Below, piece by piece: positions 57,180 to 64,000 of a stretch of DNA of 64,000 nt. The translations under genes and the position numbers were made by a program. Origin of the DNA: Minisyncoccota bacterium (GTDB lineage Bacteria > Patescibacteriota > Minisyncoccia > Phycocordibacterales > UBA9973); NCBI GenBank assembly GCA_036169735.1, contig JAVHNX010000051.1, positions 8,569 through 72,568 of the forward strand, given 5' to 3'. Under the pieces are notes generated by a model, which saw only the letters and a program-made list of their open reading frames with translations, did no database searches and had not been told where the DNA came from. Numbering within the stretch: the first letter of the stretch is position 1; each line of letters starts with the position of its first letter.

Positions 57180-58628
57180 TTAACCTTGTAATTTTGTATT
57201 AATGTTTTTTGTTTGTTGTGTTTGGGCTATACTTTTGTTTTCAACTTTTCCTGTTTTAGGGTTTACTGCATATTGATGAACCAGTGTTTGTTTTCCAATC
57301 TTTCCTGTTTGTGGGTTTAAGGACAAATTCGGGTCATCTGTGGTTATAAACAATGTAGTATTTTCTGGAAGATTATCGAGATACTTGAAGTTTTCTTTGT
57401 CTGCGTTAACACACCCGAAGGTTGCTTTGTTATCATCAGAAGTAGGAGTATTGAGTGCTTTTGTTCTTTTTGCATATTCTCCAGGGTAAGTCATGTGGAT
57501 ACCTAAATCATCACTTCCATAGATACTAAATATTTTTCCTTGGTATTCTACATAGTCACTTCTGTTTATTTCTTTACGTCCTATTTTGTATTTACCGGCT
57601 GGTGTCGTTGCGTGTGGTCCAGCTAAATCACTATCTACATCAGATCTGTTTGGCGCTTCTCCTTTTGTTTTTCCGACGAGTACAGGGAATGAACCAATTA
57701 AATTTTTGTCTTTTCCAATTACGTACATAGTTGCTGTTGGTTTATCAAGAATAAGAAAACTTGAGTCAACTATATTTTTGAAAGAGTAAAGATAAATTTC
57801 TTGAGCACTTGGTGAAAGTTTGTAATAAAATGATGCGTCAATAGTCTTTTTATCTTGTTCTAAAGCCACCTTTGCTACTTTTTCATGGCTGATTGTTGTT
57901 ACCTTTCCATTTACATTTTCTGGCAATACAGTCTTTCCTTCTTTGCCTAGAGCTGAAGGCCAAAGAACAAGTATTCCCGTGCCCAACAAAACCCCTCGTC
58001 TCATTTTTAGAGAGATGGCTTTCATTTTTTCTGAAACTTTGAATCCTGATGCAAGTTTTACTACTTGGTTGCGCAAAAATAAACCAAGGTTAGTTTTTAC
58101 TTGTTCTGGTTCGAACTTTTCTAGAGTTGATGTTTTTATTTCTTCTTGAACAGTCTTTATTTCTTCTTTTGAAAGACTTTCTACCAATTTTTCTTCTTGT
58201 TTTTGTTCGACAACTTCCTGTGTTTCAAGTATTTCTGTTGATTTTATTACTTCTGTTTCGGTAGTTATTTTTTCTGTCTCTTTTGGTATTTCCTCTTTAG
58301 TAAGTAATACTTCTTCTTTTTCAATATTAATAACTTCATCTGGGGCTACCTGCTCACCTACAGCTTCAGTCTTTATTTCTGTAGATTGTTCTATTACTTC
58401 TTGAACTGTTTCTTTTCTAGAAAGTGAATTTTCTTTTTCTTGAATTAAACCCAGAAGGTTTTGAGCTCTATTCCTTAAATATTCGGATTCTGATTTTAAG
58501 TCTTCTGTAAATAATTTTTTCCAATGGTCTATATTGGCTTTTGATGGATCAGAAAAAATCTTTTCGATTCTTTTTGTTTCAAAAGTTTCTTTTTTATTAT
58601 CTATTGTATTTTCTTTTGATTTTTCCAT
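57180..58628 (-). CDS. L,D-transpeptidase (YkuD-like) domain protein with acidic N-terminal region
   Basis: FPVLVGK, TTPAGKY and GIH...TFGCVN motifs after a hydrophobic segment. Confidence 0.75.
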   Translation of the reverse strand: MEKSKENTIDNKKETFETKRIEKIFSDPSKANIDHWKKLFTEDLKSESEYLRNRAQNLLGLIQEKENSLSRKETVQEVIEQSTEIKTEAVGEQVAPDEVINIEKEEVLLTKEEIPKETEKITTETEVIKSTEILETQEVVEQKQEEKLVESLSKEEIKTVQEEIKTSTLEKFEPEQVKTNLGLFLRNQVVKLASGFKVSEKMKAISLKMRRGVLLGTGILVLWPSALGKEGKTVLPENVNGKVTTISHEKVAKVALEQDKKTIDASFYYKLSPSAQEIYLYSFKNIVDSSFLILDKPTATMYVIGKDKNLIGSFPVLVGKTKGEAPNRSDVDSDLAGPHATTPAGKYKIGRKEINRSDYVEYQGKIFSIYGSDDLGIHMTYPGEYAKRTKALNTPTSDDNKATFGCVNADKENFKYLDNLPENTTLFITTDDPNLSLNPQTGKIGKQTLVHQYAVNPKTGKVENKSIAQTQQTKNINTKLQG

Positions 58629-58854
58629 TTTATTTATTTCTACAAAATGTTTTCAACAAATTTATTTTTTTTATTGTAATTTGATTATACCAATTAAATC
58701 TCTATTTGTTGTATATTATACCTAAAGTATATCATACTTTGACCAAATAGTCAAGCTAAATGTGTCCACAATATCCTATGATTTATTGCTATTTTCGGTC
58801 TGAAAAATAAAAAAACCGCCTTTTTGGGGCGGTTTGGATTTTAAGTGAAATTCT

Positions 58855-59358
58855 TTATTTTCTTTTGCACTTATGTGATTTTTTTTCAGGGGCAGGTGCA
58901 GCCGCGGTTGGTTCTGTGTGCGTTGGGCTGGGAGCCTGGGTTTGTGTTTCCTTCTCTTCTGTTTTTGATCCATATTTTGATGCATACAATTGTTTAGCCA
59001 TCGAATCGGCTTCTACTTTGTTTGCATTAGCTATGGCTTGCAGGCGCAGATTTTCTGCATTTTTTTCAGAAAGTTGTTTTTGAAGTTCCGCAATTTTTGG
59101 ATCTTCTTTTTTTTCAGCAACTATAGGAACTACAGGTGCTGAACTTTCTGTTTTTTTAACTTCAGCAGTAGCTACCGGTTTTTTTGCAGCAGTTTTAGTG
59201 TTAGTCGATTTTTTTGCTGTTGCGTCACTTTTTGTGAGATTTTGTATTTTCTCTTTTAAAGTTGGTTTTTTTTCAGGTGCTTTTTGTGCATTACACATTG
59301 TGCTCGATCCAAAAAGGAGAGCAATTGCCATAAAGGCAGAAAAAAATGATTTTTTCAT
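58855..59358 (-). CDS. Secreted low-complexity hypothetical protein
   Basis: Signal peptide ending CNA-Q; own TTGACA-18-TATACT promoter and terminator. Confidence 0.7.
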   Translation of the reverse strand: MKKSFFSAFMAIALLFGSSTMCNAQKAPEKKPTLKEKIQNLTKSDATAKKSTNTKTAAKKPVATAEVKKTESSAPVVPIVAEKKEDPKIAELQKQLSEKNAENLRLQAIANANKVEADSMAKQLYASKYGSKTEEKETQTQAPSPTHTEPTAAAPAPEKKSHKCKRK

Positions 59359-59562
59359 TTGAACGGTTTTTTATGTTAGTTGATTATTTATAGAAACTCC
59401 TTACCTATTATGGTTTTGGGGCTTCATTTAAATAACCAATAACCTTTTTTAAAGATCTATAGTACTACATCAAGTATAACATATTATTGAGTAATTTGTC
59501 AAGCACTAACATAAAACACCCTATATATTAGGGTGTTTTATGTTTTTCTGTATTTTTATAGA

Positions 59563-61887
59563 CTATCTTGTTTTTGTTGGTGCAAATTCACTTTCTTCGT
59601 ACATTTTTTTCAATAAATCCTTTTTCTTATCCAGGTTCCCTGTTTTAATAGCTTCCACAATCTCTGGGTTTTCTGGTTTATTCTTTATGTCTGTAAAGAA
59701 CTTTTCAAAATTATCTAACTCATCTATGTTTTGATTTGGCATCCCTTTCATAAGCGCCGCTATTTTGTCTTCTAAATCTTTTATTTTCTTTTCTGTTTCA
59801 GACATCTCCTGTTTTGGTAGTTCTTCTATCTCTTCTTTTTTTATTGGTTCGTTTGTTTTTGATTCTTCCTTTGTTTGTATTTCGAGTTCCTTTTCTTTCG
59901 TGTTTTTAGAGGAAGAGTAAGGTTCTTTTGCTTCCACTGAAGCATCAGGGTTTTTTATGATATCCAAAAATTGTTTCTCGGTTAGATTTTTTATTTTTCC
60001 AAAAACCATCACACCTCTTATTTCTGATGCACAACCAGGATCAACTTCATTTAATTTTTCAATAACCTTACCTAGATTGGGATGTTTTGAATTTATGAAA
60101 AATGTTTTATTGCTCTTGTTTTTGCTCCAACTTACAAAAGTATCATAACCAAGAGCTTTGGTTCCAATAAAAGCTCGGTTGTTTGGAATTTGGTTTGGTT
60201 TATAGCTATTTCCATCTTTTTCTTTTATTGGTCGGAAGTCATGATATACAACTTTTCCTAAAGAAGTATTTTCTATCTTTTTTGCATTTTTAATACCGGT
60301 AATTGTCTGTTCCACATCTTCTGTTCGTGATTTTTTACATAATTCTGCAATACTAAATTCCCCTACTTTGGTTTTTCCAAGTTCACCCTCCAATTCTTCT
60401 TGAGTAAATGGAACAGAAGGATCTTTTATCTTTCCAGATTTTATCAATTCAAGTAAGGTATTGTAAGGGATTTTCTCAGCCATAGAGTAAAGAGAATCAG
60501 GCCATTTATTTCTGAAATAGTTCTCGTTAAAAGTTCTTGGTTTTTTTGCATCTTCATTTTCTAGGTAAGATAAATTATCAAAATCATTAACGAAATTAAC
60601 AAATTTATTTAACCATTCTGGTTTTTCTTTCAATAAGCCTGCTTTTTCCAATATTCGATACATCATCTTTGTTCCTGAGGTTGGTTTCCTTTGTCCTGTT
60701 CCATGATGATCAATACGAAGTGTGGTTGTCTTTCCATCTTCTTCGAGCTTCAACCAGCTACCTCCAGTATCAAGAAAAACTCTGACGCCTTCTACTTTTT
60801 CTTTTGGTTCCATTTCTCCTTTTCGAATATCAACTATTGTAGATTTGGCACCTTCATTATAAATTTCTTCAGGTTTATTTTTATTGAAATCATTTAAAAG
60901 CAATAAAGAGGTTTGTGAATCTAGGTCTTGATTAAAAGTTGCTATAGGGTCGCCTATTTTTCCACCAAGAAGTTTAGCTTGTTTTTCATTTTTAATTCTT
61001 TTGTTTCCAGCACTAACAATGACTTCACTGATCTTGTTGTTTTTTAGTATCTCAACAATTCTCTCTTCTGTCTCTTCTTCGGTTTCTATTTTACTTTCTG
61101 GTTTTAAATCGACTGAATTTTCTATAACAATAGGAGTCTCCTCTTTGTTGTTGTCCATAAGTGGCTCATTTGTTGCAGTTTCAACCTCAACCTTGTCTTC
61201 TCCCTTGGTTATTATTGTTTTTTTTGAATTTTCTTTCTCAAATTTATTTAATGCTTCCTGTCTTTTGTCTGATGCTGTGAATAAGATACCGTCTTTTTTA
61301 AAGTATTGCTCAAATTGAGCTCGAGTCAGCTCTAAAGGCTTCTCGTTTTTGTCGTTCGCATTTTTTTTAGATTGAATTAAAAGAATATTGTCTTTGGCAG
61401 TAGTTCTGGTTCCGACAATCATATAACTACCACTACGCACTTTTTCTTTATTATGGCCTACTGTTCCTCTTAATGTGAATTTACTTCCAATACCGATTTT
61501 CTTCTTTTCACCATCTTTTAAAGTAAGCTCTAATAGCTCTTTTCTGGGTATTCCTTTTTCCTCATCTGGTCTTTTTGTATATTCTCCAAAAAAAGCTCGT
61601 ACTACCTTGTCTACGGATCCTTTTTGAGGATTTATATTCCCTATTTTGTCTTCATTTTGTTTTGGTTTTATACCCCCTTTCTCTTTTCTTTCTTTAAAAG
61701 AGATTTCCTGTGCCTTTGTTCGACTTATTCTTTCTTTGATTGCTTCGGGTGTTGTCTCAACAGTAATTTTTATAGATGTATCTTCTTCTGCATCTTCTTC
61801 ATTTTGTTGTAGCATTGGTTGACTGTATTGAGGTACAGCCCCTTCTTTCTTGTATACTTTTTTAGATTGTTTATTATTTTCTAACAT
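59563..61887 (-). CDS. Large protein with a DHH-phosphoesterase-like core
   Basis: QDLDS, VFLDTG, RIDHHG and TSGT in canonical DHH order, flanked by K/E-rich regions. Confidence 0.65.
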   Translation of the reverse strand: MLENNKQSKKVYKKEGAVPQYSQPMLQQNEEDAEEDTSIKITVETTPEAIKERISRTKAQEISFKERKEKGGIKPKQNEDKIGNINPQKGSVDKVVRAFFGEYTKRPDEEKGIPRKELLELTLKDGEKKKIGIGSKFTLRGTVGHNKEKVRSGSYMIVGTRTTAKDNILLIQSKKNANDKNEKPLELTRAQFEQYFKKDGILFTASDKRQEALNKFEKENSKKTIITKGEDKVEVETATNEPLMDNNKEETPIVIENSVDLKPESKIETEEETEERIVEILKNNKISEVIVSAGNKRIKNEKQAKLLGGKIGDPIATFNQDLDSQTSLLLLNDFNKNKPEEIYNEGAKSTIVDIRKGEMEPKEKVEGVRVFLDTGGSWLKLEEDGKTTTLRIDHHGTGQRKPTSGTKMMYRILEKAGLLKEKPEWLNKFVNFVNDFDNLSYLENEDAKKPRTFNENYFRNKWPDSLYSMAEKIPYNTLLELIKSGKIKDPSVPFTQEELEGELGKTKVGEFSIAELCKKSRTEDVEQTITGIKNAKKIENTSLGKVVYHDFRPIKEKDGNSYKPNQIPNNRAFIGTKALGYDTFVSWSKNKSNKTFFINSKHPNLGKVIEKLNEVDPGCASEIRGVMVFGKIKNLTEKQFLDIIKNPDASVEAKEPYSSSKNTKEKELEIQTKEESKTNEPIKKEEIEELPKQEMSETEKKIKDLEDKIAALMKGMPNQNIDELDNFEKFFTDIKNKPENPEIVEAIKTGNLDKKKDLLKKMYEESEFAPTKTR

Positions 61888-62005
61888 AATTTTATTATAA
61901 AGTCTTTGCTCTTTTTTAACTAATTTTGATAAAAAATTGCTCTTTAACTCCCTAAATTGTATGTATTTTTGAGTATTTTGTCAATAGGAGTTTTCCACAA
62001 ATGGG

Positions 62006-62166
62006 TTGACTTTTGACCCCCATCACGCTACCATTTAGGTATAGCTCTGAATAGAAGCGGGAAATAAATTGACCGAACCCAGATAAAAGACAGTAACCAT
62101 CGTGAGAACCTTTGTTTGCAGTACTATTGGTCGTCCTGTAATTTCTACCCTTACTTTAAAAGGCTA
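62006..62166 (+). promoter_or_regulatory. Sigma70 promoter plus structured leader (candidate riboswitch)
   Basis: TTGACT-17-TACCAT; leader contains AGCGGG, CCGAACCC and GACAGTAACCATCGT. Confidence 0.45.
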
Positions 62167-62232
62167 GAAAAGAAATTCTTGCGGTAATTAGTTTATCTCA
62201 TAAAACCTCAAATAAAAATCTATAGCCTGTTT

Positions 62233-63327
62233 TTGGCGTTTTCCCTTGTGTTTGGGGCCTTTTCTGTGCCAGTCCAAGCGCAAGCGGGTTTTTTGTCTGC
62301 AATCTTTGGGACCAATGCTTCAGCTGAAGATAATGCTCCGGATCCTGCTAAAATAAATAATTCTCAAAATATGGTCCTCCTGCAAGCCAATGCTTCCTCT
62401 GCTTTAGATTTTCATGTCAAAACAAGTAAGGATGATGAAATAAAAGACAACGCCAATGTTAACATTCTTTCTGATAGTGCTCTTGTTCCTTCAACAGGGT
62501 TAATGGGTGTTTCTGACGGTACTGATTCTGCTGACATTTCTTCTGAGGATACAAGTGTTTATGTTGTTAGAAAAGGAGATACTGTAGCAGCTGTAGCGAA
62601 AATGTTTGATGTTTCAATAAATACTATTCTTTGGGCGAATGATATGAAAAAGGGTGAAAAGCTTGTGGAGGGTGATATTCTTTTGATTTTACCAATAGAT
62701 GGAGTTAATCATGTTGTTGTTAAAGGAGATACTTTAAAAAAGATTGCTAAAAAATATAATGCAGATGTGTCAGATATTATTGCTGTGAATGATGTAACTT
62801 TAGACTCAGATATAATTATTGGACAAGAACTTATCATTCCTGATGCTCAAATGAATGATGAAGGTGGTGATAAACCAGTCTCAAATATAGAAGTAACTAC
62901 AAAGAAAGACCAGGATTATTATATTAAAAACCCTATAAAGAATGCTTCTGGATATTATATAAACCCAGTACCAACAGGTCATAAAACTCAGGGAATTCAT
63001 GACAAAGGTAGAGCTATTGATATAGGAGCATCAACAGGCACACCTATTTACGCTGCAGCTTCCGGTACTGTTATCTTTGCAAAAGCAGGTACAAAAAGTA
63101 GATATTCAAATGGAGGTTTTGGAGGTTTAGTTATTTTAAAACACGCAAACGGAACAGAAACTTATTATGCGCACCAGTCAAAAATTGGAACTTCTGTAGG
63201 ACAAAATATTATACAAGGACAAGTAATTGGTTATGTCGGTTCAACCGGTCATTCTACTGGTCCACACCTTCACTTCGAGGTTCGTGGTGCAAGAAACCCT
63301 GGAGCTGACTGGTCTTGGAAAAAGTAA
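62233..63327 (+). CDS. LysM x2 plus M23 peptidase (cell-wall hydrolase)
   Basis: YVVRKGDT and HVVVKGDTL LysM units; H...AID, YAH and GHSTGPHLHFEV. Start codon uncertain. Confidence 0.92.
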   Translation: MAFSLVFGAFSVPVQAQAGFLSAIFGTNASAEDNAPDPAKINNSQNMVLLQANASSALDFHVKTSKDDEIKDNANVNILSDSALVPSTGLMGVSDGTDSADISSEDTSVYVVRKGDTVAAVAKMFDVSINTILWANDMKKGEKLVEGDILLILPIDGVNHVVVKGDTLKKIAKKYNADVSDIIAVNDVTLDSDIIIGQELIIPDAQMNDEGGDKPVSNIEVTTKKDQDYYIKNPIKNASGYYINPVPTGHKTQGIHDKGRAIDIGASTGTPIYAAASGTVIFAKAGTKSRYSNGGFGGLVILKHANGTETYYAHQSKIGTSVGQNIIQGQVIGYVGSTGHSTGPHLHFEVRGARNPGADWSWKK

Positions 63328-63332
63328 ATTTA

Positions 63333-63380
63333 AATAAAAGAAAAAGCCCCCGACCTAGGTCGGGGGCTTTTTCTTTTATT
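63333..63380. terminator. Bidirectional terminator on the family D palindrome
   Basis: aataaaagaaaaagcccccgac-ctag-gtcgggggctttttcttttatt. Confidence 0.82.
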
Positions 63381-63382
63381 GT

Positions 63383-64000
63383 TTATAAAAACAAAGTAAC
63401 AATAGCAGCAATTCCTGAAACAGCCATAAGTCCAACAGTCATCCATCCTATTGCTGATGCAGTTTTATTGTTTTTGTAATGACCCATTATTTCTTTGTTA
63501 TTACTAATCCTTATGATGAAAAACAAAATAAATGGTGCGATAACTCCATTGGCTACAGCTGAGTAAATAAGAGTTTTGATGGGATCTAGACCGATGAAAT
63601 TTAATCCAATTCCAATTATTACTGATACTATTATGACGCCGTAAAAAGAATAAGCTTCCTTTAGTTTGCGATATAAACCATGTTTCCATCCGAAACTTTC
63701 AGAAATAGCATAAGAAGTAGAGCCAGCAAGTACTGGTATCGAGAGCATTCCTGTTCCTATAATACCGATAGCGAAAAGGAAGAAAGCAAAATCCCCTGCT
63801 AGCGGGCGTAGTGCTAGTGCAGCATCAGCCGCTGAGGTTATGTTTGTTATTCCGTTTGAGAATAATGTACTTGCACAAGCTGCTATTATAAAAAACATAA
63901 CTAGGTTTGAAAAAAACATTCCACTCCAAACATCTGAACGGATATGTCGGATTTCTTTTTTGAAAACAGGTTGATGCCAATTAGCTTCATTCTCTCTTCC
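63383..64000 (-). CDS. NRAMP-family divalent metal transporter, 5' part outside the window
   Basis: GMFFSN, AA.AL.PLAG, LFAIGIIGTG..SIPVLAGS, SAVANG. Confidence 0.85.
   Translation of the reverse strand, partial: GRENEANWHQPVFKKEIRHIRSDVWSGMFFSNLVMFFIIAACASTLFSNGITNITSAADAALALRPLAGDFAFFLFAIGIIGTGMLSIPVLAGSTSYAISESFGWKHGLYRKLKEAYSFYGVIIVSVIIGIGLNFIGLDPIKTLIYSAVANGVIAPFILFFIIRISNNKEIMGHYKNNKTASAIGWMTVGLMAVSGIAAIVTLFL

Noticed and set aside
56694-57191. Long antisense ORFs (also 40835-41368, 15330-15773, 51775-52227 and others)
   Set aside because: Ser/Phe-rich mirror frames of K/E-rich genes on the opposite strand.

Overview
Chromosomal core region of a low-GC Patescibacteria/CPR bacterium, inferred from gene content and a Parcubacteria-like style. 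It spans the replication origin (dnaN-oriC-dnaA-rpmH-rnpA-yidD-yidC-jag). Also present: class II RNR plus a B12 adenosyltransferase, ruvA/B/C, polA, holA, mutM, pcrA, ksgA, tsaE, tyrS, pilB, a class A PBP, tRNA-Arg(GCG), tRNA-Lys(TTT), a CPR-type T4SS-like cluster (VirB4, PrgI, VirB6-like, pilin-M15 peptidase fusion), a Fic protein and large secreted ORFans. The main signal is a REP-associated tyrosine transposase (RAYT) with REP flanks, together with several families of small hairpin elements. These occur between genes and also inside at least eight housekeeping genes, in frame in seven of them (ksgA x3, pcrA, polA, ABC-F, tsaE, rnpA, jag) and with a frameshift in mutM. One family has a conserved, covarying ~58-nt core enclosed by 22-31-bp inverted arms that differ in every copy and partly overlap host sequence, unlike a classical MITE. 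All calls were made by eye from motifs; no database searches were run.
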